Source of the DNA: Gracilinanus agilis
Lineage: Eukaryota
Direction: 5' to 3'
Assembly: GCF_016433145.1 (NCBI RefSeq)
Contig: NC_058130.1
Coordinates: 142,131,073 to 142,195,072 of the forward strand
DNA: 64,000 nucleotides
In this document: in pieces, positions 1 to 12,292 of the stretch
How positions within the stretch are numbered: position 1 is the stretch's first letter
How the letters are laid out: each line of letters starts with the position of its first letter
Notes under the pieces: model-generated
Told to the model about the DNA's origin: nothing
Seen by the model: only the letters and a program-made list of their open reading frames with translations
Database searches by the model: none
Program-made: the position numbers and the translations under genes

Positions 1-1131
1 CTCTTCCACCTATAAGTCAATACACAGAAGTTAAGGGTTTAAAAAACCAAACAAACAAACAAACAAAAAAATATATAGTGCTGAGGAGGAAGGACAGGGT
101 TAGAGGCCTCAGTAATAAGTACAAGGACACACTTTACTACTGTCTGGTATTCTGTTTTCTTCCGCAAATAATAGAGTGAGAAACCATACAAATATGTTCT
201 TCTCTGAGCATTTCAACTTTAAGTTTTAGCCAGACTCAATCTTAAAAGCTGGTTTAGAGAATATGTAGAATATCATAGATAAAATATTTGATAATTAGGA
301 AAACCAAATCTAAATAAATATGACAAATGACGGGTCAAATTGGTAGAATTCAGAGAAGTTACTAAAAGGTGGTATTAAGAGGACAGATAATAGCTCAAAG
401 GCACCTTGGATTTGGCATTCACCAAATCTTAAACCCCAAATTTAGAGGAGACTTCTTAAATCAACTAGACTAAAGAATCTGAGCATGAATTATTGCTGTA
501 ACATCCTTTAACAGGTTTTGTTTTTCAAGTCTTTTAGGGAGAGGAACCTACTACTTCCATAGAAAACCAATTTCACTTTTGATTGCCTTTTTTAGAAAAC
601 TTTGATATCCCTTTTCTTTCTTTAGTGTGTGTGGGAGGAGGTAGACAGGGAGAATTTGGACCTAAAAACAAAATTTTTTTAAAGTTTTTTATATTGGTTT
701 TAGCTTTGATCATTGGTTCCATTAGATAATCTCTGTCAATTTAGATTCCTGTAGTAGAGGGATACCCTAAATAATAGCTGAAGTGTAGTGAGGAAAGTAA
801 TACATTAGAGATTGAGAAGACCTGAGTTCAGACCTGGCTCTGCCATTTATCAGTTGTGTGCTTTGCCCTTAGGTAAGTCACTCATCCTCTGAGCTTCTGT
901 TTCTCCATTTTATATAATATAATTTATTATATATGTGTGTATATGTAATTATATATTTGTGTATGTGTGTGTATATATAATATATGTAATAAGGGAAACT
1001 CTTGAATAACTTAATTCATTGGGTTATTGTGAAGTTTGAATGAAATTTACATAATAAAACACATGGTAGGTAAATGTGAGGTGTTATTCTTTTCAGAACT
1101 ATAGCTCTGGGTTTTTGCCACCACTAATTAG

Positions 1132-2042
1132 GTCACGATCTCGGGACAGACGACGAAGGCGGTCAAGGTCAGGCTCTCGTGAGAGGCGAAAGTCCCGTTC
1201 CCGATCTCGGGACAGACATAGGCGCCACCGCAGCCGCTCACGTAGCCATAGCAGGGGCCATCGCCGAGGTTCCAGAGACAGAAGTTCGAAACACAAGTAA
1301 CTACTCTGACTCCTTCACGTAGCAGCAACCAGGAGTGAGCCCCTTCTCTTTGTGTTACCAGGGTCATTGGGTCCTAAAAGTTTTTAACCAAGAATTTTGA
1401 CCTGGGGTTTAGTGAAGTTAACTGAAATTCTGACTTGGTATGCAAAAGACTTGAATTAATTCCTTGCTAGTTGTCATGGGAGTGTGTGGGAGAGCATGGA
1501 GATGGGGCTCAGAGTGGGGTTTGAAGAATGGGCATGATAGTAGAAGTGGAACATTTATTCTGCAATTGCCAGGGAATCACATCTCTTGGCTGCCCATTTT
1601 AGGAGCAGATCATCACGCTAGCAGTTGTATATCATAAATCTAGAATGTAAATTTTGAACAAAGGTCAAGGTGGTTAAATGTGAATTCATACTTGAGCATA
1701 TATATCCCTTGACATCAAATTAATGGGAACATTCTGCCTAATTTTTGTCATTACAAAGGACTTAATCTCTTTTTACCTTTTTGTATTTATGGTCCATTGC
1801 CTGTGATTTGCTAATAAGACACCTGTATAGTCAGGAAGGAAACTACCTTCCTATTGAAACTTTTTCAACTTCCACTGATTTGATTGATGTTTCTGTTTCC
1901 TAGATCTAGAGATCAATCTTCAAGAGAGAAGTCCCAGGATAAAGAGAGGAGGGAAAAGAGCTTTGCTGAAAAAAGGCATGAGGGTACAAATGGCAACGCT
2001 GGTTCAAAGAGATCAGAAGAAAGAGAAGCTGGCGAGATCTAA
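1132..2042 (+). CDS. LUC7L: LUC7L (U1 snRNP-associated LUC7-like), last two coding exons: 1132-1296 (RS domain) and 1904-2042
   Basis: Exon 1132-1296 (acceptor ttag|G, donor AA|gtaact) encodes RSRSRDRRRRRSRSGSRERRKSRSRSRDRHRRHRSRSRSHSRGHRRGSRDRSSKHK. Splicing to ttcctag|A at 1904 gives K-SRDQSSREKSQDKERREKSFAEKRHEGTNGNAGSKRSEEREAGEI* (TAA 2040-2042), matching the known LUC7L C-terminus ...SEEKEAGEI. LUC7L is the conserved 3' neighbour of the amniote alpha-globin cluster. Confidence 0.95.
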
Positions 2043-5000
2043 ACTCACACTCTGTGTTGCACTGTAAATAGTCTGATAAACATTCTACACACAGCCTAAA
2101 TTTACCATTTATATTTGTCGAATACAACTCATCTTTTGTAGATTTAAATTTTTATTGTTTCAAAGATAGCTGTGAGTTTATAGAGATACAGAGTTACATA
2201 CTGTTTACTGGAATTTTGTTTAGTAAGAATTTAAGAAAACTTGATCTGGTGGACTGTCTTCAGTATAGGCCAGTGACACCCATGTAACTAACTTGTTGGT
2301 TGCCTGACCCCAGTGAATGCAGCAGTTAACCCCAAGGTCAGAAATGTAATTATTCTCCCCTCCCCTCCCCCCCACCATTTATGTCCTTTAGAAAATATTC
2401 ACCTTGACCTTTCAGAGACTTGAATTATATACAATTAGTTGATAATATTACTACTACCACTGGTGCTGAATTTGCTCTTTCACACAGAAGAATCAAGAAT
2501 TTAAAAATATTTGGCCACTTCATTTTGAATTCTGTAATCTGGTGCTTATCTTCAAGTCCAGAATATTATTATTATTTGTGTCCCTTATTCGTATACCTTT
2601 GCTACAGAAAGACAACCAGAGTACCTTGGGTATCTTATGATTGGGGTTCCTTAAATGACTTAAAATTACCTGATTTTAAAAGCCAGAATTGGATTAGACT
2701 ATACATTTGGTTCTTTTGTTCAGTCTTTATTTTCTGTATCCCTCAGTTAAAATATAAGTTCATAGAGCACCTATAAAGGGTTTACATATGCTGGATTTGA
2801 TTTGTGTAGTATAGATTGACTCCTTTAAAAAACATTATACAATTTAGCCCAGATCTTGTGGGAGTGTGTCTTTTAACTGAATTTGCTACAGTATAGTCTC
2901 TTTGTTTACCACTTGTGTTTGAGACAAAGATAAATCAATATATAATCAAATGATAATATCCAGAAATTCTCATTAGTAAGGGCACTGTTAAAAAGTTGGT
3001 GCTGTGAACATCTTGACTTTTAGGGTTACCATAGTTCCTTTTTTGTTTGTTTGTTTGTTTTGTTTTATTCTTTGAAATAGTATGTGACTTCACATGACTA
3101 ACTTTTTCATCTGAATCGATGCTTCTCTTTCTTGAGGCAGCCAAGTAACTTTGATTGCAGTCTCAAACTTTATCCCACAGGTTAATTTGTGTTAAAGTAC
3201 ATATTTTACGTTAATACCAAATTAATATTTTTAAATTGGTGAACATGTTATTTGTAGATAATTGCAGAAATTTCCTTTTTTTTTCTCGTTTAGGGAGGAG
3301 AATTTTGAGGAGCTGAGCTTCTAATAATTTTTTTTTCTTTTTTAACATAGGGCCCTCCCACCCTAAGTTTCTGTGGAGATACAGGAGCTGTTCTTGGTCT
3401 GTTTGGTCTTATTGATGCATGTTTAGCTATTGCAGGAATCTAGTTCTTCTGTTTTCCAACAACTATTGCATTTTAATTATGGGTTATCTGTAGTCTCTAC
3501 TGTTTTCAGGGTTCTCCTTTTCCTTATCCTCCCTTTCCCTTCCCTATGTACCCTTCCTTGCCATCCCCAACCTCTAAGGAAAGGACAGGCCTATGGCCAT
3601 GTCGAGTTTCTCTTTCTTAAACAAGATGGACCTACTGTCCAAAAGCACCTGATAAAACTGATTCCACATTTAAAAAGGCAGTGATAGAATGGAACCCACA
3701 TTACATCGATTTGTTGTCTGTGCAACATTTTGCAAATATCATGACAACTGGGAGTTGTTTCTTTTGTGGCACCTTTGCTTATGAGGAGTTTGGTCTAAGT
3801 ATAAAAATGTAAGTAAAATGCGCTGTTCTCTTGCCAGTCTAACTCACATTAAAGATTTATGTTTATGTGGCTTGGAGTAGAACTTGGGTAATTTCTTGTT
3901 TAGCTTTTTACTTTTTATCTCTACAAATATATAGTTAATCTTGTTAAGTCCTGTATTCCAAGGGAACTATAACATAAGGGACATTTACTGCATGCTTTGA
4001 AGAGCAAAACTTCAACTTCCAATGCTCAGTGATTCAGTGGGGAATTGGTAATAAAACAAGATAGGAGACTTCCATTAAGTCTTCCCAAGATGATGTGGCA
4101 CCTTTTCCTAATAGCAAACTATGCATTCTTTATAGGATTTATTCCTCAGGAATTTTCAGAAAAATGAATATTAAAGCCTAGACTCCTAGCCTAGGACTCT
4201 TTTTACCTTAAATATTGTAAGAATTTAATGGAGAAGAGACCCAAGAGATCTTTAAATTCTAAGACCTTCATTTTAGAGATGAAATACTATCCAGAGAAGG
4301 AACATTGCATTTGTCCAAGGTCACTGACACAAGTAAGTAGCAGAACTAGAATTTTAACTTGGGTATTCTGGTTACACATTTGTCTCAAATTTTTTTTTTG
4401 GCTCATTTATTTTCAAGCATGTTACTTAAGAATTAAATTATTTAAAATAAAGACTTTTATTACAGAAATTTTTGTTAGGAGGGAGTTAGATTTTGGTGAA
4501 AGGGAGAGAAAATGGACTCCTTTTCTTGGTTATGAAAATTGTTAAGGGAACAAATTAGTGATTAAGGTTGTTGAACTAAAATTAGTGATTTTAGGCAGTT
4601 TATTCCTAGAATCATAAAATGTTACAAAACTTGAAGGGAGTTTTGGAGATCATTTGATAGGTGAGGAAGGGGTATAATTTGACCAAAGAGAAGGATATGA
4701 TTTGACCAAATTTGCAAATGGAATTAATTTGATTTGTGTTTTGTTCCTAAAGCCCTTTTTCCATTTCCTCATTTTGTGAGTAAGTTATCTATCAAAAGCT
4801 GTTACAGAATATAAGCTCTAGATGATCCTAAAGAAATGGAATCATTTTGAGCTCAGGTCAGTGATGAATAGCCTCACCAGTTAAGAGGCTCAACAACAAC
4901 TATAATAAGGCTTGGGATGGGAGTTACAACATGGGTCTACAGAAGAAACACTGACACTTCAAGAATCATCTTAAATATCTGAAGCCCATGCAACACAGCA

Positions 5001-5359
5001 AGAGCGAAAGAATGACTTCAGTATGATGTGTTGGATGGATCACCCATTGGGCGGTGGTGGAAGGGGAGAATTATGATCCTTAGCTCTAACAGCTCATTTT
5101 CCAAAGAGACATTTGCTTAGAATATTTTCTCTCTTAAGATTGGGAGGAGGAGGAGATGTAGAGAAGCAGTACCTTGCACCAAGTAGGTGCTTAATAAATG
5201 TTTGAGTCAAAACAGGTTTTAAAAGCAGTAGAGCCAGGGACTACTTTTAAGCCTACTTCAGCTATTTAGATAGGATTAGACCAGAGGCGTTGGAACTAAT
5301 AACTGTATGCTTTTTTTTTAAATTATTACTTTCCCTAAACTACTCAGCATACTTTTGTT

Positions 5360-5950
5360 ACTTCCCTTACTCATCTAATAAAACTTTCTTAAACTCTGTT
5401 TTGTCTGTTGGGCTAAGGGAGTATTGTGGTTATTTGGTTGTTTTTCCCAGGCCAGGATAGCATTAGTTCTAAAATGGGCAGAGTTGGGGTGAAGATCAGG
5501 GAATTGCTGGTGACCCTTCCAGTGAGGTGGGTTGCTCTTAGAAATTAAAAGTAATCCAAGAGAGTTGATGTAGGATTTTACCTCACAAGTACCTTCTTTC
5601 ACTATCCCAGCGTATTTCTCTAGATTTGATATGCAAGACTCATAAGAAAGAATGTGCACCACTAGACAGTCTTTCCTTGTGATGGGAGATTGAGGGTTTT
5701 TCCATCAAGTTGGCCAGCACATTCCAACGATTCCAACAGGTGGCCACAGGTTTTGTCTGTAACTACCTCCGGGTACAGCAGCCAGGACCACACACAGTCA
5801 AAGAAGGACACACTGCCATAACCACCCACTGTCTCACTGGAGACATCTGGATGATCACTAGTTACAGTGGTAAACCAAAAATGAGGGCAACACAAAAGTC
5901 CTCACTCTCTCCCATAACGGTAATGGAACATCTTTACCATCCTATCTCCT
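5360..5950 (-). mobile_element. Degenerate RTE-clade LINE fragment (5' region / endonuclease N-terminus)
   Basis: Broken - strand translation shows WNV..LM..P, then EIRWDSE and ...LRKFY, in the order of the RTE endonuclease motifs (WNVRTL, SETR, KDKFY). Confidence 0.5.
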
Positions 5951-6067
5951 CTATATGACCCCAACTATGTTCTGCATCTGTTGGTAACAGGTACCCACTG
6001 AACACTGTGCAACTTTGTACCAATGACTCATTTCCTGTCCTTGCATGGCAGTGAGGCAGAATACATA

Positions 6068-6253
6068 GGGCAGCTGGGTAGCTCAGTGGAGTGAGAGTCA
6101 GGCCTAGAGACAGGAGGTCCTAGGTTCAAACCCGGCCTCAGCCACTTCACAGCTGTGTGACCCTGGGCAAGTCACTTGACCCCCATTGCCCACCCTTACC
6201 AATCTTCCACCTATGAGACAATACACCGAAGTACAAAGGTTAAAAAAAAAAAA
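6068..6253 (+). mobile_element. SINE1_Mdo-type tRNA/CORE SINE, young
   Basis: GGGCAGCTGGGTAGCTCAGTGG...GGTTCAAA (A and B boxes), CORE segment and A-tail. Near-identical copies at 1-60 (3' end), 21805-21980, 39706-39885, 43252-43440 and 46304-46488. Confidence 0.9.
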
Positions 6254-8937
6254 TACATAAAGCACTTGGCTCAAGTCTATATGATAACTAGCTGGGTGAC
6301 CCCTGGCCAAGTCATCTAATTTAATCTCTTTAGTAAAGCCTGTTTCCTCATCTCTAAAATGGGGGTAACTTTTATCACTGGTGTCTTAGAGCTGTGAAGG
6401 TCAAAGGAAGTAAGTGGAGCCAGGGACCAGACTTTATAATAAACATTAAAACATGTAAATGGCTTGGTAAAGTAATTAATAGTTTGGCTTTAGGTCCCTG
6501 AGAGGCTTGCTTTGGGTCACCCAAAAAGTTGGCTCACTGATGGATCCTGGGAAGCTACTGGTGCTCATGGCCCATAAGGATAACCTACTCATTCTCTGGC
6601 CCAGACTTGCTCCAGGACCACAAGATAATGGACAGTTCCTTAAGGATAGGGATTCTATCTATCACCAGCATGGCCTTCCACCTAGACATTCTATAAAATT
6701 CATATTATTGGGCAACAGAGGACAAAACTTACGAGCTCATTAAAACTCAGTTGAGATTTGCAACGAAATACTAACGAATCAAATTGCCTGAATTGTACCT
6801 CAATTAGATCAAATTAGATTCAGTTTGTATTTACAGTAATCATCCCGTAGAGATGGTACTCTGTGCTGAGCACTGTTGTGCTTTAGGATTAGAGAACAAG
6901 GTGAAGGATATCCAGCATGTTTCTTCTTGGTGGACATTAGTGATAACAGAACCTATACATTAGGAGGACTTGTTCTCTCCTGTCACTGGCCCTTAAGCTG
7001 GAGCATCCATATGCCTAAGATACTCCTTGCCGACATCAAGCCTGATATCTTTGCCAGATGAAGGTTGAAGGTTGATAATCTCACGTAGCAGTGTATTTCA
7101 CAGTTAGCAGTCGGTACACATGGCAGCATTTCATTTTATACTGTCAGACATTTTTCTAACTTGGTCTTAAAAATATATTGCCTCGGTCCTCATCTAACAG
7201 GGGAATAGGTGAATCCGAGCTGCACTCTCATGTCACTCATGGAGCATCTACTCTGTGTGCAGCATCCCATGTTGGACTCTAAAGGGAGATGCCCAAGTGC
7301 AGTGAATATGGCACAAATGAAGAATCTGAACCTTTCAAGCAGCAAGTGTTCCCTGGCCCTCAAATTCCTTCCTGCCCCCGCTCACCCACCCAGTTCTTTC
7401 CTCCTGCTGTCATTGGCCCACACACTCTCCTTTAGTTATTCAGTGACCATTTGGGACATCATGAAAGAGAAGAAACACTTACCCTGCCCACCACTCTACG
7501 AAAGTGTTAACCTTGAATTAGGATTACCCTTTCCCAAAGCCCAATTTACATTCCAGCTCCCCCCAAAGAAGAGAGGAAGTTGTCTTCAGTTAAAACCTCC
7601 TCCTTGGTTCCAATCTTGGAAATTGCCTTTAAAGTAATCTTTCCCTTGTGTGCATTTCCTCCTCTAAAAATGAGGTGCCTGGACTAGATGATTTCTAAGC
7701 TCCCATCTAGTTTGTTTTTTAATATACCCTTACTTTATGTCTTCATATCAATTTTACCTTCCATCTTAGAATCACTACTACATATTGGTTCCAAGTCAGA
7801 AGAGCAGTAAGGATAGGCAGTGGAGACTTAAGTGACTTGTCCATGGTCACACAGCTAGGAAATGTCCCAAGGCCAGATTTGAACTTAAGACCTCCCAATT
7901 CTAGGTCTGGCTCTCAATCCACTGAGCCACCCAGCTACCCCGTGTAGCAATTCTAAAGCAAGAGTGGCAAGGGCTAGGCAATTGGAGTTAAGCGACTTGC
8001 CCAGGGTTATAGGAAGTGTCGGGTCAGATTGGAACTTGGGTCCTTCTGAACTAGCATTCAATCCACTATGCTACCTAGCTGTCCTATCTCCCCTCTAGTT
8101 CCAATATTACATTTCATGTTCTAATATTTGTTCTAAGGTCTCTCCTAATGCTGCCATATTCTAACACTATGGAAGGTTTTCTTGGGAGTGGGCTCAGGAG
8201 AGGAATATGGACCTGACTTGTGATTTCATTGATATAGGAAGCTCCTGATGAGGAAATTTCAACTCACAATGTAGACTAGCTGGCCAATATTTTGTTTTTT
8301 CTTAGCTCTGATGCTCTGATACTCTGTTCTGCACTTAAAAGATGCTCTGCAGAACAGATATAGCCTTTGGGGAAAGAGTCCCCAAAGCTGGAAATAGAAT
8401 AATTATTCAACAAGTATGTGTTTTATCTCCCAACAGTGAACAGTACTGGGGAGTGGAGGCAATCCAGACTTCTCTCTCCAGAACACAGTCTGGTTGGGAA
8501 GACAAAACTACAGTGCCAAGGCAGCATTAGCTAAAAGCCAAATGAGGGCTACTGATGCCAAGTGTTTTAGGAGTTCACTGAATTAATGTAGTCAGGGTAA
8601 CTTTTCTGAAGGAGATGGGATTTAAGCTCAACCTTGAAGAATGAAAAAATTTTGAAAGGAGGAAGGTAGGAATACACATCACCATGGAAAGAAACCCAGG
8701 AGGCAAGCAGAAGCTCCTTTTGATTTCACCTCCCAAAAAGCTAACTTCATTTTTGATGTGGCCTCTGTGATCAGAATTGGGGAGAGGGGAGTTTTGGGCA
8801 GGAAACCACTGAATCACCCTCTCAAAGAAGCAATGGTGCTCCTTGCTCTTTATCCTAGACCTTCAAAAGCATCGTCTTCCAATATCTTCCCCAAAAGAAA
8901 AGAGACAAAACGACATAGATTTCTCAAATAGTTCAAC

Positions 8938-8943
8938 TTTATT
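8938..8943 (-). terminator. Omega-globin polyadenylation signal AATAAA
   Basis: tttatt on the + strand, 72 nt downstream of the TGA. Confidence 0.8.
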
Positions 8944-9015
8944 GATTTAACTGTATTCACTATCAACGGAGGTAGAATGTGTCTCCACTCGAGGAGCTCT
9001 CCTAGAGTTGAGTGT

Positions 9016-10215
9016 TCAATGGTACTGTTTGCTCAGGGCAGAGGCTACCACCCCCACCAGCTTCTGCCAGGCAGCCTGGGCCTCAGGAGTAAAGTCCTTG
9101 CCCAAGGAAGCTGCCAATTCGATGATCAGGTTGTCTCCGAGGAGCTAGAAGGAAGAGAGGGCAGAGGTTCAGGCCTGAGCTGTTTCCCTAGGAGTGGGAG
9201 AAGGGTTCCCTGCCTGAAGGAAGCAGGATGCAATGTGCCTCTGGGAAAGCCTGAAGCTGGACTAGTATAGGAAACTCTGGGAAAATAGGGACACACCTGG
9301 ATAGAACTCAGGGGCTGGCTAAGCAAGTGGTTCATTGTGTGAATGGGCATGAATTTCCCCATCTATAAAATGAGAGGGAATAAGCTAAATGGCTTCTAAG
9401 GCCCTTTCCGACTAGCACTCTAATGAGTTTAAAGCAACATTCCCAAGGAGTAGAAGAGGGTCTTTGTTTCAAGATCCTTGAGGAAAAGAGAGATTGCTAG
9501 TCCAGAGATAAGTTGAGGATGGAGGAGGGAAGAGGATAAGGTCAGTCATGAGGAAGAGGGAATCTGCTTATGAAAGAATGAGCTCCCTGTCTTGGTGTTC
9601 AAGGAGGAGGTTGGACCACCACCAAGGTACCTTGCATTTTTAAAATATTTAAGCCTGGGTCCCTACGTGGAAAAATAGATTGGCATCCCAGGAAAGCAGA
9701 GGAAGAGTACTCACCCTGAAATTCTGGGGGTCAACGTGCAGCTTCTCTGAGTGTAGGTGACTCAACTTATCAAAAATGGCCTTCACATTGTCCAGGTTCT
9801 TCACGGCCTCTCCAAAAGAAGTCAGCACCTTTTTGCCATGTGCCCTGACCCGGGGGTTCCCGTCAATGGCAATGGGGCTGGACAGGTTCCCAAAGTTGCT
9901 GAAGTACCTCTGGGTCCAGGGGTAGACAACCAACAGCCTGAAGTCCAGGAAAGAAAAAGAACGGATCAGATCAGGCTGTTCCCATGCCATATGAGACCAC
10001 CAGATAGGATTCCAGGATCCTTTTGGCCCCCAGAGAAAGCATTCACAACCTGCGTCCCCAAGCTAAACCCAGCTTAGCCCTATTCCGCACCCCCCCCCCC
10101 CCCGTCCTGTTCTCCTCTCTCACCTGCTAAGGGTGTGGGCCCCCAATTTGTCTACATCAACTTTGGCCCAGATGGTTGAAATGGCGTGTTTCTCTTCTGT
10201 TGTCCAGTTCACCAT
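9016..10215 (-). CDS. HBW: Omega-globin (beta-like globin resident in the alpha cluster); exons 10124-10215, 9715-9937, 9016-9144
   Basis: Exon sizes 92/223/129 nt are the beta-globin pattern; GT-AG junctions; open frame of 147 codons: [147 protein letters not shown]. It sits between theta and LUC7L, the known position of marsupial omega. Confidence 0.95.
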
Positions 10216-10310
10216 GGCTGCTTGCGAGGAGGTGGTGACCCTTGGGAGCTTAGGATGCAGAAGGGAGAGGTGAAGGCTGAGCGCTGTGTCCACTGGCTCA
10301 AAGGCCCTCC

Positions 10311-10359
10311 TTATATCTCTGGCCTCAGCCCTCGCCCCTCCCTGCTCCTCTCCTATTGG
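10311..10359 (-). promoter_or_regulatory. Omega-globin promoter: TATA (ATATAA, 10311-10316) and CCAAT (10355-10359)
   Basis: Canonical globin spacing of about 40 nt between CCAAT and TATA, with TATA about 96 nt upstream of the ATG; an AGATAA GATA site lies at 10526-10531. Confidence 0.8.
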
Positions 10360-10544
10360 CCAGCCCCATGCTGGGGGCTCAAGGGATGTGGCCAAAGGGT
10401 TTTGATATGGGGGGTTGGGAGAGGAACAGGGAAGAGCTAACTTGAATGTGGGGGGAGGGGGAGTAAGGAGAGGCTCCCTCTGCCCAAATCTGATACCAGA
10501 TGCCCCTCACCCCCATCTGCTCTTCTTATCTCTTCTGGAATCAG

Positions 10545-10588
<44 letters not shown>

Positions 10589-11989
10589 CAATATTGATTT
10601 TGAGATGGTAGGTAAGGGTTTAAAAGTAAAATAAAAATAAATTCCAGTGGGTCTATGTAGCCCTGGATGGCACCAGAGAAAAGCTGGACCCCTAAGTTCA
10701 ACCCACAAATTTGCCCTCAACTTTGAGACTCAGATCAGCTGCAGTGCTGCCCCCCCCTTTCATCTCCCCCATTTCCCTCACCCTGCAGCCTCCTCATCCT
10801 CCCCAGGGCTCCCTCATCTCATTCAGCTTCAACCTTCCACTCATTTCTCTTATTCCATCAAGCCTCCCTTTATTCTCTACAGTATCTTCAACCCAGGCAA
10901 CTCCCATTCAGTGAATTCAGCAACCCTTACCACCACTGCCATCAGCTCCTAGCCACTGGGATGCCTGTCCCATCAGCCCCCAGCCTGACAGGTCCTACTA
11001 CTATCCCCATTGGCTCCCTAGAGTCCCCCCAGTGAGCCCAGGGCTGCCTGTGCAGGTGTCAGACCCTTCTGTCCTACCTTGGGGACACAGAGGGAGTTGA
11101 GTGCCAGGGGAGGGAGGATTTGTGTGTCCAGAACAGAACAGATACAAAATCTGTCCCAGCTTGGCCAAGAGGCTTCTAGTGACTTCTTCTGCGGGGAAGG
11201 AGAGTGGCCTGAGAGGGCTGCTAGGAGTTGGTCTCCAGAATGAAATTGGTTTTAAAGGATCTGTGGTAGCAAAGGCTAGAGAAGGTGTGGGCTGACACAC
11301 AGTACAGACCTGATTATCCCCACTGGATAAAATCATTTCATTCATTCGTTCGTTCATTTGTTCATCCATTCATTTGTTTATTATTGATTAATTTTAGACT
11401 ATTTTTCCATGGTTCATGTTCTTTCCCTCCCCTCCTCCCATCCCCCCTCCTGTAGCCAACACACAGTTCCACTGGGTTTTACATGTGTCATTGATCAAGA
11501 TCTGTTTCCATATTATTGGATAGGGTCATTTGTGAGGAAGTGGTTCTCTTGCCTCCTCAGAGTCTTGTCCCTTTTAATGACCTATGTCTAGCCCCAAGTA
11601 CTGACCTGGGTCCAATCCAGTATGTTGACCCAATGATCAGCCCCATATTCTGATCTGTGTGTGCAAACCCTGTCCCTGGTCCCATCTACTGATTCCTCTG
11701 GCTATAAGATGCTGACTGTACCCAAACCCACACCTTTACTGAAAAAATTGACGCTTCTTTTTCAATGTTCTGTATGGAGACTCTGGGCAAATCCCTTCTA
11801 AAGGCCCAGGAGGCTTCCCCTTCCTTCTGTCCTCTCAGCTGGAGGCTGGCCTTCCTTTGAACTGTCTCACACAGGACCCAGCTCAGCATAATGCAGTGAC
11901 TGGGGACAGTGGCTGGGAATAAATGCACAAGCTGGAATACCAGACCAGGTACTGGTATTCAATCCAGTGACCCTGACCTCCTGGCTATT

Positions 11990-12292
11990 CCAAGAACAAC
12001 CCTTGGCTGTCTCTCTCTTTGGCTGTCCCACATGCCTGGAATGTTCTTCTTCATCTCTGTCTCCTGACTTCCTTTAAATCCCAACTCAAATTCCACCTTC
12101 TCCAGGAAGCCCTTCCCAATCCTTCTTAATTCTAGTGCTTTCTGATTTAGCTTGAATATAACTTGTTTGTAAATATTTATTTGCCTGTTTCGAGATTGTG
12201 AGATCCTTGAGAGCAGAGAATGGCTTTTTGCTTCTTTATGTATCCCCAGTGATTAGCACATACTAGGCCCTTAATAAATGCTTATTGATTGA
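11990..12292 (+). mobile_element. L2 LINE 3' end
   Basis: Typical L2 3' motifs: tgcctggaatg, ttccaccttctccaggaagcc, gattgtgagatccttgagagcag, ttaataaatgcttattgattga. Confidence 0.75.

Noticed and set aside
7000-7075. Minus-strand atctggcaaagatatcaggcttgatgtcggcaaggag, loosely like globin exon 1 in the GbY slot
   Set aside because: It aligns only with several gaps, has no donor site and no further exons, so it is not distinguishable from chance by eye.
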